From Devosia sp. (GTDB lineage: Bacteria > Pseudomonadota > Alphaproteobacteria > Rhizobiales > Devosiaceae): 52,296 bases of DNA. The translations under genes and the position numbers were made by a program. Shown here piece after piece: positions 9,576 to 19,631 of the stretch. The notes beneath the pieces are model-generated. The model did not search any database. It saw only the letters and a list, made by a program, of their open reading frames with translations, and was not told the origin of the DNA. Location: contig JBDSEK010000183.1 in NCBI GenBank assembly GCA_039920085.1, positions 1-52,296 on the forward strand. The letters are read 5' to 3'. Each line of letters starts with the position of its first letter. Within the stretch, counting starts at the first letter, position 1.

Positions 9576-10817
9576 TCAGCCATCGGGAAGTGCCGAGAGG
9601 CGGGCGCGCAAATAGGCTCGTACGGCCTCGTCGGTGGACAGGCCGATGGAGAGGGTGAGGGCCTGATGCGCCTCGGCCTTCAGGCCCGCTTCGGCGAGCA
9701 GATGGCCGCGAGCGGCCCAATAAGGCTGGTAGGTCTGCATGCGCTTGTCGGCGGCGAGGGACTCGATCTCGCGAAGCGCCACTTCGGCGCCGGCGGTTTC
9801 GGCAAGTGCGATAGCGCGGTTGAGCGCGACGACGGGCGAGTGTGTGCGCGCCAGCAGATGGTCGTAGAGCGAAACGATCACCTGCCAGTTCGCCACGCCA
9901 CCGAGGCGACGGGCCGAATGCGCGGATTGTATGGCGGCCTCGAGTTGGTAGCGGCCGCTGGGGCCGCCACGGCTTGCCTCGCTCAACAGCGTTTCGGCCA
10001 ATCGGATATGCGAGTCATCCCAGAGGCTTGTGTCCTGCTGCTCGAGCGGGACGTAAGCGCCCGCGGCACTGCGTCGGGCGGAACGACGTGCTTCGGCATA
10101 GAGCATCAGCGCCAGCATGCCTTTGGCTTCGGGCTCGTTGGGGAGAAGCGAGATCGCCAGCCGGCCGAGCCAGATCGCCTCCCCAGCCATTTCGGGCGTG
10201 CCGGATTCGTCCAGTTCGCTCCAGCCCTTGGAATAGGCGGCATAAATGGCGTCGAGCACGGCCTCGAGGCGGTCCGGCAGCTCTTCGGGTTCGGGTATTG
10301 CGAAGGGCACGCCGGCGTCCTTGATCCGGGCTTTGGCCCGCACCAGCCGCTGGCCCATGGTTGCCGGTGGGACAAGGAACGCGGCGCCAATATCCTCGGC
10401 GCTCATGCCGAGAATGGTTTGCAGGATCAGCGGCGCTCGCATGCCGGGCTCGATGGCCGGATGAGCGCAGGCGAACATCAGCGCGAGGCGCCTGTCCGGG
10501 ATCGGCTCGGGCGTGTTGGCGGCATCTTCGAGCTCGTCGGCAATCACCTTCAACTGAGCCTCCCCAATCTGGCGCGTCTGGCGACGCCGGAGTGCGTCGG
10601 TCTGCCGGCGCCGCGCCACCGTGAGCAGCCAGGCGTCTGGATTGTCTGGAACGCCCTCAGTCGGCCAAGAGCGGAGTGCGGCGGCGAAGGCTTCGCCGAG
10701 AGCGTCTTCGGCGCCCGCGAGGTCACGGGTGCGGGCGGCGAGGAAGGCGACGAGGCGGCCGTAGCTGTCGCGCGCAACGCGCTCAGCCGTCCGGACCGCC
10801 TCGCCGGCATCGATCAC
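9576..10817 (-). CDS. ECF sigma factor, ECF42-type (C-terminal TPR/DUF6596 extension)
   Basis: Sigma region 2 (AEDALGEAF...W...PDAWLLTVARR), LMFACAHPA, YQLEAAIQ, PVVALNRAIA; GTG at 10817 overlaps the YCII stop. Confidence 0.88.
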   Translation of the reverse strand: MIDAGEAVRTAERVARDSYGRLVAFLAARTRDLAGAEDALGEAFAAALRSWPTEGVPDNPDAWLLTVARRRQTDALRRRQTRQIGEAQLKVIADELEDAANTPEPIPDRRLALMFACAHPAIEPGMRAPLILQTILGMSAEDIGAAFLVPPATMGQRLVRAKARIKDAGVPFAIPEPEELPDRLEAVLDAIYAAYSKGWSELDESGTPEMAGEAIWLGRLAISLLPNEPEAKGMLALMLYAEARRSARRSAAGAYVPLEQQDTSLWDDSHIRLAETLLSEASRGGPSGRYQLEAAIQSAHSARRLGGVANWQVIVSLYDHLLARTHSPVVALNRAIALAETAGAEVALREIESLAADKRMQTYQPYWAARGHLLAEAGLKAEAHQALTLSIGLSTDEAVRAYLRARLSALPDG

Positions 10818-11158
10818 TTCCAGTTGCCTGCCTCCGGGACATGGACGGGACGAATTTCGATCGCGCCATAGCGGCTCGAGGGGCAGCGCTTGGCCCAAGC
10901 CACGGCTACATCGAGATCGGCGGCCTCGACAAAGAAATAGCCGGCGAACTGCTCCTTGGTGTCGGCATAAGGGCCGTCGAGCACGCCGTTGCTTCGCACG
11001 ATGGTTCCGGCCTTTGCCGGCTCGAGCCGCTCGCCGGAGCTCGACCCGTCGGCCTTGGCGAGAGCTTCGTTAAAGGCGGCATAATCGGCCCACAGGGCCT
11101 TCTGATCGGCAGCGGCCATGGCGGCATCGTCGTGGTGGATCAGCATCATATAGCGCAT
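10814..11158 (-). CDS. YCII/DGPF-domain protein
   Basis: MRYMMLIH, DGPYADTKEQFAGYF, IEIRP; usual ECF42 partner. Confidence 0.92.
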   Translation of the reverse strand: MRYMMLIHHDDAAMAAADQKALWADYAAFNEALAKADGSSSGERLEPAKAGTIVRSNGVLDGPYADTKEQFAGYFFVEAADLDVAVAWAKRCPSSRYGAIEIRPVHVPEAGNWK

Positions 11159-11202
11159 TTGGTTCTCCTTTCAGCCGGAGCATAGCGCTCCGATGCTGCA
11201 AT

Positions 11203-11229
11203 GACGCGCGGGCTTTGCGAATTTCGACA
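11203..11229 (-). promoter_or_regulatory. Putative ECF42-type autoregulatory promoter
   Basis: Minus strand TGTCGA-N17-CGTC, 44 nt upstream of the YCII start; resembles the ECF42 motif (-35 TGTCGA, -10 CG(A/T)C). Confidence 0.6.
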
Positions 11230-11273
11230 GGGCGGCGGAAAGAGGGATTTGCGGCCAGAGGCGTCGGCGGAGG

Positions 11274-12206
11274 TCAGTCGAACAGGCTCGATACGCTTTG
11301 TTCGCTGGCGGTGCGTGCGATGGCTTCGCCGATCAGGGGGGCAATGGAGAGGCGGCGGATGTTTTTGACCGCGGCGACTTCGGGGCGGGCTTCGATCGAA
11401 TCGGAGACGACCAGCTCTTTGAGCTTGCTCGCGGCGACACGGTCGGGCGCGGTGTCGGAGAGGACGCCGTGGGTGATGTAGGCTGAAACGTTGCGGGCAC
11501 CGGCCTTCAACAGAGCCTCGGCGGCGTTGACCAACGTGCCGCCGGAATCGACGATGTCGTCGATCAGGATGCAATCATGGCCGGCGACATCGCCGATGAT
11601 GTTCATCACCTCCGATACGCCAGCCTGGGGGCGGCGCTTGTCGACGATGGCGAGGTTGGTGCCGAGGCGGCCGGCGACATTGCGGGCGCGCACCACGCCG
11701 CCGATATCGGGCGAGACGATGATCGTGTTGGAGGTGTCGTAATGTTCCTTGATGTCGCGCACGATCACCGGCGCGGACGAGAGATTATCGGTCGGAATGT
11801 CGAAGAAGCCCTGGATCTGGGCGGCATGGAGATCGAGGGTGAGGACGCGATTGGCCCCGGCGATGGTGATGAGGTTGGCGACGAGCTTGGCGGAAATGGG
11901 CGTGCGCGGCGCCGATTTTCGGTCCTGCCGGGCATAGCCGAAATAGGGCAGCACGGCGGTGATGCGGCGCGCCGAGGAACGGCGGAGCGCATCGGTGACG
12001 ATGAGCAGTTCCATCAGGTTGTCATTCGCGGGATAGCTGGTCGATTGCAGCACGAACACATCCTCGCCGCGCACGTTTTCATGCACTTCGACATAGACTT
12101 CCTTATCGGCGAAGCGCTTGACGGTGCAGTCGGTGAGGGGAAGCTCGAGATAGTCCGAGACGGCAGCGGCAAGAGCGCCGTTAGAGTTGCCGGTGACCAG
12201 CTTCAT
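11274..12206 (-). CDS. prs: Ribose-phosphate pyrophosphokinase
   Basis: [33 protein letters not shown]. Confidence 0.98.
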   Translation of the reverse strand: MKLVTGNSNGALAAAVSDYLELPLTDCTVKRFADKEVYVEVHENVRGEDVFVLQSTSYPANDNLMELLIVTDALRRSSARRITAVLPYFGYARQDRKSAPRTPISAKLVANLITIAGANRVLTLDLHAAQIQGFFDIPTDNLSSAPVIVRDIKEHYDTSNTIIVSPDIGGVVRARNVAGRLGTNLAIVDKRRPQAGVSEVMNIIGDVAGHDCILIDDIVDSGGTLVNAAEALLKAGARNVSAYITHGVLSDTAPDRVAASKLKELVVSDSIEARPEVAAVKNIRRLSIAPLIGEAIARTASEQSVSSLFD

Positions 12207-12289
12207 GGCGCGTCCCTCATGAATTGGCGGCTGTTTATAGGCCGGGCGTCGCGGGCGCAATGCGCCTTATGACAGAACTGTAAACGAGT

Positions 12290-13063
12290 TCATTTGCGCC
12301 CGATGATGGCGATCTGCCGGCCGGTATTGGTGCCCTGATGGGTGGCGTAGCGGTGGGAGAAATACCGGTTGGGTTCGGCATAGGTGCACAGTGCGAGGTC
12401 GCTCACGAGGCCGACGCCCCCGGCGAAGAGCTGCTCGGTGAGAAGGCCCGGAATATCGAAATGCTCACGGGACTTGCCCGGAGGAATGGAGATGTGGCGC
12501 GAAGCGGCGGGGTCGAGCGCGAGGATCGCCGCGGCGGTATCGGGACCGATCTCGTAGTTGGCGGCGGAGATGGTGGGGCCGATCGCGGCGCGAATATTCT
12601 GGGGCTGCGCGCCGAGTGCCACCATGGCCTCGATCGTCGCCTTGGCGATGCCGCCGGCGGCGCCCTTCCAGCCGGCATGGGCGGCGGCAAGGATGCCCGC
12701 CTCCGGATCGGCGAGGAGGATGGGGGCGCAATCGGCGGTGAGGACGGCAAGCAGCAGGTCCGACCGGTTGGTCACCATCGCATCGGCTTCGATGGCGATA
12801 GACGGGCCGGGGCGCTCCGTAAGGGTCACGACCCGCGTCGAATGGATCTGGCGGAAGACGACGAGGTCACGGATGCCGTGGCCGCCCATGGCGTTGGCGG
12901 CGCTGCTGCGGTTGGAGACGACCAGATCGGGATTGTCGCCTTGCGCGATCGACATATTGTTGCTGGCGAGCTCGCCTTTCGAGCGCCCGCCCTCGCGGCC
13001 GTAAAAGCCGTGAATGAGGCGCGGGTGGGCCAGGGCCTTGCTGGTCGTGTAAGGCGCGCTCAT
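12290..13063 (-). CDS. pgeF: PgeF/YfiH (peptidoglycan editing factor, laccase-like domain)
   Basis: QIHS, ADAMVT, LTADCAPILL, AHAGWKG, IGPTI, YFSHR. Confidence 0.92.
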   Translation of the reverse strand: MSAPYTTSKALAHPRLIHGFYGREGGRSKGELASNNMSIAQGDNPDLVVSNRSSAANAMGGHGIRDLVVFRQIHSTRVVTLTERPGPSIAIEADAMVTNRSDLLLAVLTADCAPILLADPEAGILAAAHAGWKGAAGGIAKATIEAMVALGAQPQNIRAAIGPTISAANYEIGPDTAAAILALDPAASRHISIPPGKSREHFDIPGLLTEQLFAGGVGLVSDLALCTYAEPNRYFSHRYATHQGTNTGRQIAIIGRK

Positions 13064-14133
13064 CGGAAGCCCAAGGGTTTGAGGCCTGGCGAGTGGGCGC
13101 AGAGGACTTTGAATAGGGTGCCCATCTGTGCCGGAGAGGTCAGGCGCTCGACGGCGCGGGCGATGTTGGCAGCCTCGCCGGGATTGGCGGTAGCCAGCGC
13201 CTTGGCGCGCTCGCCGAGACCGAGCCGGAGCAGGAATTCGCCCTGGGGGGCTGGCCCTTCGATTTCAAGGCCCTTAGCCTTGGCCGCTTCGCCGAACAGG
13301 CCGAAATTGACGTGGGCGCTGAGGTCGGTTTCGCCGGGCGCGTCGAGCGAATCGGCGAAGGCATGGTCGCGCACCGCCTGCAGCGTCTCTCCGGTCTGGG
13401 TGCGGTCATAGCCATAGTCGATACCGAGGAGAGCGCCGCCCTGAAGGGCAATCTTGTGCGACAGGCGCTGCATGGCTTCGACGGCCGCGGCACCAAGCTC
13501 AAGGATCTCGCCGGCGAAGGCACCGCGCACTTCAGGCGGGGCGGCGGAGTCGGCGATGGGGGTTGGCGAGAGGCCGAAGGCACGTTGGTCTTCGATGAGC
13601 CCGATCAATCGTTCATGCCAGCCATCGTCGGTGCGGACGAACTGGCGAATGGGCAGGGCGTCGAAGAACTCATTGGCAATGACGATGATTGAGTCCTCGC
13701 TCACCGCATCGATCTCGGTGGTCCAATAGGGATTGAACTTGCCGAGGCGCTTCAACTGCTCAGCCTTGAGGTCGGGATTGGAATCGAACAGCTGCAAATG
13801 CATGGCGTCGATGAAGCCTTCGGCGCGGGCGGCGGCGCGTAGCGCGTCGGCCATCAGCGTGCCGCTGCCGGGGCCGAGTTCGAGCAGGGTGAAGCTCGTG
13901 GGCTGCCCCATCTGCTGCCAGAGATTGACGGCGAAAAGGCCGACCAGCTCGCCGAACATCTGGCTAATCTCGGGTGCGGTGATGAAATCGCCGGCGGCGC
14001 CGATCGGCCGGCCCTTGGCGTAATAGCCATGGCGCGGATGGCCGAGGCAGAGCGACATATAGGTCGCGAGCGACATGGGACCGGTGGCGCGGATCTGCGC
14101 ATCGATCTGCGCCGCGAGGGGAAGACTAGCCAC
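13060..14133 (-). CDS. MidA/NDUFAF7-family SAM-dependent methyltransferase
   Basis: GDFITAPEISQMFGEL, ELGPGSGTL, ANEFFDALP, DYG, DLSAHVNF. Confidence 0.92.
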   Translation of the reverse strand: MASLPLAAQIDAQIRATGPMSLATYMSLCLGHPRHGYYAKGRPIGAAGDFITAPEISQMFGELVGLFAVNLWQQMGQPTSFTLLELGPGSGTLMADALRAAARAEGFIDAMHLQLFDSNPDLKAEQLKRLGKFNPYWTTEIDAVSEDSIIVIANEFFDALPIRQFVRTDDGWHERLIGLIEDQRAFGLSPTPIADSAAPPEVRGAFAGEILELGAAAVEAMQRLSHKIALQGGALLGIDYGYDRTQTGETLQAVRDHAFADSLDAPGETDLSAHVNFGLFGEAAKAKGLEIEGPAPQGEFLLRLGLGERAKALATANPGEAANIARAVERLTSPAQMGTLFKVLCAHSPGLKPLGFR

Positions 14134-14938
14134 GGCGCCGCGCCCGGCTGAAAGCGATGAGGCCGATGCCGGCGACGAGGATCGGCAGGCTCAACAGCAT
14201 GCCCATGGTCAGCCAGCCGCCATAGAGGTAGCCGAGCTGGGCATCGGGCAGGCGGAAGAATTCAACGAAGATGCGGCAGAGCGCGTAGCCGATGCCGAAG
14301 ATGCCGGCGGTGAGGCCGGGGCGTTTCAGTGTCTTGAAGCCATGGGTCGCGGTGCGGACCACGATCCACAGCAGGACCCCTTCAAGCAGGGCCTCGTAGA
14401 GCTGGCTCGGGTGGCGGGGCAGCTGCTCGGGGTCATTCGGAAAGATGACGGCCCAGGGCAGATTGGCCGGCGCGCCGTAGAGCTCGGCATTGATAAAATT
14501 GGCGAGGCGGCCGAGCAGCAGCCCGATGGTCGAGATGGCACCGAGGAGATCGAGGCTCGAGAGCACGCTGCCGCCCTTGGAACGAGTGAAGAGCGCCATC
14601 GCAACGATGATACCGACAAGGCCGCCGTGAAAGCTCATGCCACCATCCCAGAGCGCGACGATCTCGCCGAGGTTCTGCGCGTAGTGGGAGAGATTGTAGA
14701 ACAGTACGTAGCCGATGCGGCCGCCGAGCACGATGCCGACCACCGCCCAGAAGGCAAAGTCCCAGATGGCCGGGGCGGGGAAGGGCGGCTTATCGTTGGC
14801 CCAGAGGGCCGGACGCCTGAGCAGGCTAGTTGCGTACCAGGCGCCGCCAAAGACGCCGGCGAGATAGGCCAGCGCGTACCAGCGGATGGCGAGGGGGCCG
14901 AGCTGCAGCGCGATGGGATCGATGGGTGGGAAGGGCAC
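14126..14938 (-). CDS. lgt: Prolipoprotein diacylglyceryl transferase
   Basis: IRWYALAY, GGMSFHGG, GRLANFINAELYG, RHPSQLYE; GTG start with GGAG RBS. Confidence 0.96.
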   Translation of the reverse strand: MPFPPIDPIALQLGPLAIRWYALAYLAGVFGGAWYATSLLRRPALWANDKPPFPAPAIWDFAFWAVVGIVLGGRIGYVLFYNLSHYAQNLGEIVALWDGGMSFHGGLVGIIVAMALFTRSKGGSVLSSLDLLGAISTIGLLLGRLANFINAELYGAPANLPWAVIFPNDPEQLPRHPSQLYEALLEGVLLWIVVRTATHGFKTLKRPGLTAGIFGIGYALCRIFVEFFRLPDAQLGYLYGGWLTMGMLLSLPILVAGIGLIAFSRARRRG

Positions 14939-15046
14939 GCGGCGCTCCAATGGACTGGCGCGACCTTGTAGGCCGGCCGCCGCACTGGTCAAGCCGCCGC
15001 GTAGCTCCTAAATAGGGGGCGAATCCACCCTTTGAGGAGCCTTTCG

Positions 15047-15307
15047 ATGGCGCAGAACAGTCCTTTTCTCGATGGCGTCGGGCGGCTGATGAACGATGCG
15101 GCGGGCGTCGCGGATGGGGTCCGGCGCGAAGTCGAGACCATGGTCAAGGCGCAAGCCGAGCGCTTCGTCAACGACATGAATCTGGTCAAGCGCGAAGACT
15201 ACGACGCGCTGCGCGAATTGGTGCAGAAGCAAAGCGCTGAACTGCGGGCGCTCAAAGCGGAAGTCGCGACGCTGAAGGGCGGCACGGACGCTGCGCCCAA
15301 AGCGTGA
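15047..15307 (+). CDS. UbiK/BMFP-family accessory factor
   Basis: MNLVKREDYDA plus coiled coil; divergent from lgt; GAGGAG RBS. Confidence 0.85.
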   Translation: MAQNSPFLDGVGRLMNDAAGVADGVRREVETMVKAQAERFVNDMNLVKREDYDALRELVQKQSAELRALKAEVATLKGGTDAAPKA

Positions 15308-16026
15308 GGATTGCCGTCATCTCCGACGTCCATGCAAACCGCCTCGCGCTCGAGGCGGTGTTGGAGGATATCGGACGGCAAGGCGTCGATTCGACGCTTA
15401 ATCTGGGCGATCTAGTTGCGGGACCCCTGGAGCCCAACTGGACCGCCGACATTTTGATGGAACTCGATATCCCGACCGTCCGGGGCAATCACGAGCGGGT
15501 GCTGATCGACAATCCGCCGGAGCGGCTCGGGCCAGTCGACCGCTTCGCGCAGGAACAGATGGAGGAGCGGCACCGGGTCTGGATCAACCAGCTACCGGCG
15601 ACGCTGTCGCTGCTAGGCGACATTTTTCTGTGCCATGGCACCCCGAGCTCCGATGAGGGCGCCTGGCTCGATAATTTCTGGGACGGAAGGCAGGTCGTTG
15701 TCCCCGATGAGTCGCAAGTTACCGCCAAGGCGGAGGGCTTCGACTTCCCGGTGCTGCTGTGTGGGCACACCCACATTCCGCGCGCCGTGCGACTGCGCGA
15801 TGGGCGGTTGATCGTCAATCCGGGCAGCGTCGGGCTGCAGCTCAACCATGGCTCACCCGACGCGCGCTACGCACTGATCGAGCAGCGCGACGGCAAGTGG
15901 TCGGTGACGTTCCGGGCGATTCCCTACGATAATTTCGCGGCGGCGCGCATGGCCGAAGCCAATGGCTTTCCGGCCTGGCGCGAAGCTCTGACCGGCGGTT
16001 GGGTGGGCGCCAGCGGCCTATTCTGA
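15304..16026 (+). CDS. Metallophosphoesterase
   Basis: SDVHAN, LGDLV, RGNHE, CHGTP, GHTH, NPGSVG. Confidence 0.92.
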   Translation: MRIAVISDVHANRLALEAVLEDIGRQGVDSTLNLGDLVAGPLEPNWTADILMELDIPTVRGNHERVLIDNPPERLGPVDRFAQEQMEERHRVWINQLPATLSLLGDIFLCHGTPSSDEGAWLDNFWDGRQVVVPDESQVTAKAEGFDFPVLLCGHTHIPRAVRLRDGRLIVNPGSVGLQLNHGSPDARYALIEQRDGKWSVTFRAIPYDNFAAARMAEANGFPAWREALTGGWVGASGLF

Positions 16027-16083
16027 GCGTGCCGACCCAGCTGTCCGATTGTGACACTCATTTCATGTGCGGGAGCCGTCAGG

Positions 16084-16100
16084 GTTAAGAGGTTCTTAAC
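16084..16100. promoter_or_regulatory. CtrA-binding box
   Basis: GTTAA-GAGGTTC-TTAAC matches TTAA-N7-TTAAC on both strands, in a GC-rich intergenic region. Confidence 0.6.
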
Positions 16101-16288
16101 AGTCACGGCTCGATCATCCACAGAAGAAAGCCCGGACGGCGCTTCCCGCCTATCGGCGGAATCAACGCCTTCGCCTAGGGTCTCCCCAGGCAGTCCGTAG
16201 GCGATCCGCGTGCGCAAGTTGCTGTGTGTAAAGCGTAAATCGGCTTTTCGGCCATTCATCTTCACGCGCTTTCCAAGGCGGAACCCCT

Positions 16289-16789
16289 ATGTCTCTGATT
16301 GAATTCGAGCCCGATCGTGCGGCCCATCCGGTCGACATCATCGAGCAGATCGCCGCCATCAACGACTGGAGCTTCGAACGCCAGGATACCGACGAGATTT
16401 CGATCTCGGTCCGGGGCCATTGGAGCGATTACCACGTGTCGTTCAACTGGATGGAGGACCTCGAATCCCTCCATATTGCCTCGGCGTTCGATCTCAAGGT
16501 GCCCGAGCCGCGCCGCGCCGAGGTCAAGCAGCTGATCGCGCTGATCAATGAGCAGTTATGGATCGGCCATTTCGACATCTGGCCGCATGAAAATGTCATC
16601 ATTTTTCGCAACTCGCATTTGCTGACCGGGGGAGCGGACGTCAGCCCGCAGCAGTGCGAGGCGCTGTTGCGTTCGGCGACGGAAAGCTGCGATCTCTATT
16701 ACCAGGCCTTCCAGTTCGTGGTGTGGGCGGGTAAAGCGGCGGGCGAAGCGCTTTCGAGCGTGATGTTCGAGACCGTGGGAGAAGCGTGA
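16289..16789 (+). CDS. YbjN-domain protein
   Basis: HPVDIIE...WSFER, INEQLWIGHFDIW, YQAFQFVVWAGK; typical position upstream of proC. Confidence 0.85.
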   Translation: MSLIEFEPDRAAHPVDIIEQIAAINDWSFERQDTDEISISVRGHWSDYHVSFNWMEDLESLHIASAFDLKVPEPRRAEVKQLIALINEQLWIGHFDIWPHENVIIFRNSHLLTGGADVSPQQCEALLRSATESCDLYYQAFQFVVWAGKAAGEALSSVMFETVGEA

Positions 16790-16801
16790 CAGCTTACCGC
16801 C

Positions 16802-17626
16802 GTGGCTGAGGGGGTTCTCGCCGATATCGGGCCGGTCGTTTTGATCGGGGCCGGCAAGATGGGGCTGGCGCTGGCTCGCGGCTGGATCGCGAGCGGGCTG
16901 AGGCCTGAGCGGCTGGTCCTGGTTGATCCGCAGCCGGGCGACGCCACGCGCCGCTTCGCCGAAATCGCCGGCATCAGCCTGATCGACTCTCCGCTCGGCA
17001 TTCTGACCCATGTGATGGTGCTGGCGGTCAAGCCGCAGGTCATGGTCAAGGTGTTGCAGCAGATCGCTCCGGCAGTTGGGCGGCAAACGCTTGTGGTGTC
17101 GATCGCCGCGGGCATCCCGCTGGCTATGCTGTCCGAAAGCCTCGGCACGTCGCGGGTGATCCGGGCGATGCCCAACACACCGGCGCAGATCGGCAAGGGA
17201 ATCACCGGGGCGGTGGGGCTGGGGGTCAGCCGCGCCGACCGGATGCTGGCCAGCGATCTGCTCAGCGCGGCGGGCCAGCTGGTCTGGTTTGACAGCGAAG
17301 CAAAGCTCGATGCGGTTACGGCGCTGTCGGGTTCGGGGCCGGCCTATGTGTTCTATCTGGTCGAGGCGATGAGTGCGGCGGGCATCCGGCAGGGGCTCGA
17401 GCCTGAACAGGCAACGCTTTTGGCGCGGCAGACGGTTATCGGGGCGGCGGCGCTGCTTGAAGCCGATGCCTCATCGGCTTCAGTTCTGCGCGAGAATGTC
17501 ACCTCGCCGAACGGTACGACGGCGGCGGCGCTCAAGGTGCTGATGTCCGAGGCCGGGCTGATGAGCCTGATGGACCGGGCGGTCGAAGCGGCGCGGCGGC
17601 GATCGGAGGAGCTGGGCCGCGGGTAG
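16802..17626 (+). CDS. proC: Pyrroline-5-carboxylate reductase
   Basis: IGAGKMG, LAVKPQ, RAMPNTPA, SGSGPAY, VTSPNGTT. Confidence 0.96.
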   Translation: MAEGVLADIGPVVLIGAGKMGLALARGWIASGLRPERLVLVDPQPGDATRRFAEIAGISLIDSPLGILTHVMVLAVKPQVMVKVLQQIAPAVGRQTLVVSIAAGIPLAMLSESLGTSRVIRAMPNTPAQIGKGITGAVGLGVSRADRMLASDLLSAAGQLVWFDSEAKLDAVTALSGSGPAYVFYLVEAMSAAGIRQGLEPEQATLLARQTVIGAAALLEADASSASVLRENVTSPNGTTAAALKVLMSEAGLMSLMDRAVEAARRRSEELGRG

Positions 17627-17659
17627 AATGGCGATCTACCGAGGCGAAGCGACTATTCC

Positions 17660-18178
17660 TTACAAATCTTCTGTGAGCTTCAAGCGGTCGAGGAGGGTGC
17701 GGTCGCCGGGTTCGACCATGCCGACAAAGAATCGGAGGACGGTGCGTTTGCCCTCGGCAGGTAGGGCGGCGATGGCGGCATCGATGCGGCTGGTTTGGGT
17801 AGCGGACAGCGTTTCGAAAAAGCGCCGGCCTTTCTCGGTTGCGTAGAGCAGGCGCTGGCGGCGGTCGGCGGCGCCGGTCTTTTGCTCGACATAGCCATTG
17901 TCGATCAACTGCCTCAGCACGCGGGCGAGGCTCTGTTTGGTGATCTTGAGGATGTCGAGAATATCGGCCACCGGCATGCCCGGCTTTAGATTCACGAAAT
18001 AGAGCACGCGATGATGGGCGCGGCCGAAGCCTTGGCGTTCGAGCATCGCGTCGGCGTCGCCGACAAAATCGCGATAGGCAAAGAAAAACAGGCCCATGAC
18101 ATCGAGCGGCATGGCCGTGTCGTCGCTCGCTCCGGGATTTATGTCAGCAGTATTGACATTTATTTTGGCCGGTGCCAT
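17660..18178 (-). CDS. MarR-family transcriptional regulator
   Basis: FFFAYRDF, GRAHHRVL, ITKQSLARVL, DRRQRLL. Confidence 0.9.
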   Translation of the reverse strand: MAPAKINVNTADINPGASDDTAMPLDVMGLFFFAYRDFVGDADAMLERQGFGRAHHRVLYFVNLKPGMPVADILDILKITKQSLARVLRQLIDNGYVEQKTGAADRRQRLLYATEKGRRFFETLSATQTSRIDAAIAALPAEGKRTVLRFFVGMVEPGDRTLLDRLKLTEDL

Positions 18179-18305
18179 TGTTTGCCCGTTGGTGCGCAAA
18201 AGACTTATCCCAAAGCGCCCCTGGTTTGCCAAGGCCGGGGTGCTGGGGCAAGATTGGTGAAGATTCAGAGCCCGGCGTTGGCGCGGGCCCACGAGGAGAG
18301 GATCG

Positions 18306-19193
18306 ATGGCACTTCCAATGGACCAGCGCGATGGCTGGATATGGTTCGACGGCGAACTCAAACCGTGGGCGGACGCCAAGATCCATGTGCTGACACATGG
18401 TCTCCACTATGCGAGCTGCGTGTTCGAGGGCGAACGCGCCTATGGCGGCGAAATCTTCCGTTCACGGGAGCACACCGAGCGGCTGCATGCCTCGGGCCGA
18501 ACGCTCGATTTCACCATTCCCTACGGCGTCGACGAGATCGAGGCGGCAAAGCGTCTGGTGCTCGAGAAGAACAATCTGGTCGATGCCTATGTTCGGCCGG
18601 TCGCCTGGCGTGGTTCGGAGGAACTCTCGGTTCCCGGCCGCAACAACAAAGTGCACCTGGCGATCGCCAGCTGGGTGTGGCCGTCCTATTTCTCGGTCGA
18701 GGAGAAGCTCAAAGGCATCCGACTCGGCTGGAGCAAGTGGAAGCGACCGAGCCCCGAAACCATCCCATGCAAGGCCAAGGCCGCCGGCCTCTACATGATC
18801 TGTACGCTGTCGAAGGACGCGGCGATGGCCGAAGGCTATGCCGACGCGATGATGCTCGACTATCGCGGTTATGTCGCCGAGGCGACGGGCGCCAATGTGT
18901 TCTTCATCAAAGGCGATGAGATCCATACGCCCGACCCCGATTGCTTCCTCAACGGCTTGACCCGGCAGACGGTGATCGGCCTCGCCAAAGCCAAAGGTTT
19001 CAAGGTGATCGAGCGGCACATCAAGCCGGAGGAACTCGCCAATTACGACGAGTGCTTCCTGACGGGCACGGCGGCCGAAGTGACGCCGGTGTCGCTGGTG
19101 GGCGAATACAAATTCGCGCCGGGCAAAGCATGCGAGACGCTGATCCATGCCTATGCCGAAGCCGTGACGCCGAAGAAGGTCGCCGCAGAGTAG
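18306..19193 (+). CDS. ilvE: Branched-chain amino acid aminotransferase
   Basis: HGLHYASCVFEG, KAKAAGLY, EATGANVFF, FLTGTAAEVTP. Confidence 0.95.
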   Translation: MALPMDQRDGWIWFDGELKPWADAKIHVLTHGLHYASCVFEGERAYGGEIFRSREHTERLHASGRTLDFTIPYGVDEIEAAKRLVLEKNNLVDAYVRPVAWRGSEELSVPGRNNKVHLAIASWVWPSYFSVEEKLKGIRLGWSKWKRPSPETIPCKAKAAGLYMICTLSKDAAMAEGYADAMMLDYRGYVAEATGANVFFIKGDEIHTPDPDCFLNGLTRQTVIGLAKAKGFKVIERHIKPEELANYDECFLTGTAAEVTPVSLVGEYKFAPGKACETLIHAYAEAVTPKKVAAE

Positions 19194-19202
19194 CGGAAGC
19201 CT

Positions 19203-19631
19203 CTAACGTTTCCTCAAAGCATCGAGCGCCCCGGCGAGCAGGTCCGGGGCGTTTTGGCGTGTGCCATCGGGGAACAGCACGAAGAGGCGCGGGATGGTCG
19301 AGCCGTTGTAGAGGCTCACCATGTATTGGGCTTCGGACAAACCCGCATAGACACCGGGTCTGAGGCTTTCGACATCGAGCCGGAGCTGCGGCCCATCGGG
19401 TCGCGCTGCAGCGAGCGCGACGACCGACGCAAGAGCTGGGCTGCTGTCGAGCAATTTTGTGCGGAAGGCGAGGATGTCTTCGGCACCGGTCCGACCCGCG
19501 TCGAAGCAGCGATCGATCAGGGCATCGATAAGGGCGGCCACGAGCCGCGCTTTACGCGCCGAAAGCGGCGCGGCGACGGCATCGGCGAGCGCAGCTTCGG
19601 CATAAGAAAAATGCTGTTCCAGTGAGAGCAC
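19203..19631 (-). CDS. Hypothetical protein (about 142 aa)
   Basis: GTG start overlaps the upstream hydrolase stop (TAGTG); no family recognised. Confidence 0.55.
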   Translation of the reverse strand: MLSLEQHFSYAEAALADAVAAPLSARKARLVAALIDALIDRCFDAGRTGAEDILAFRTKLLDSSPALASVVALAAARPDGPQLRLDVESLRPGVYAGLSEAQYMVSLYNGSTIPRLFVLFPDGTRQNAPDLLAGALDALRKR

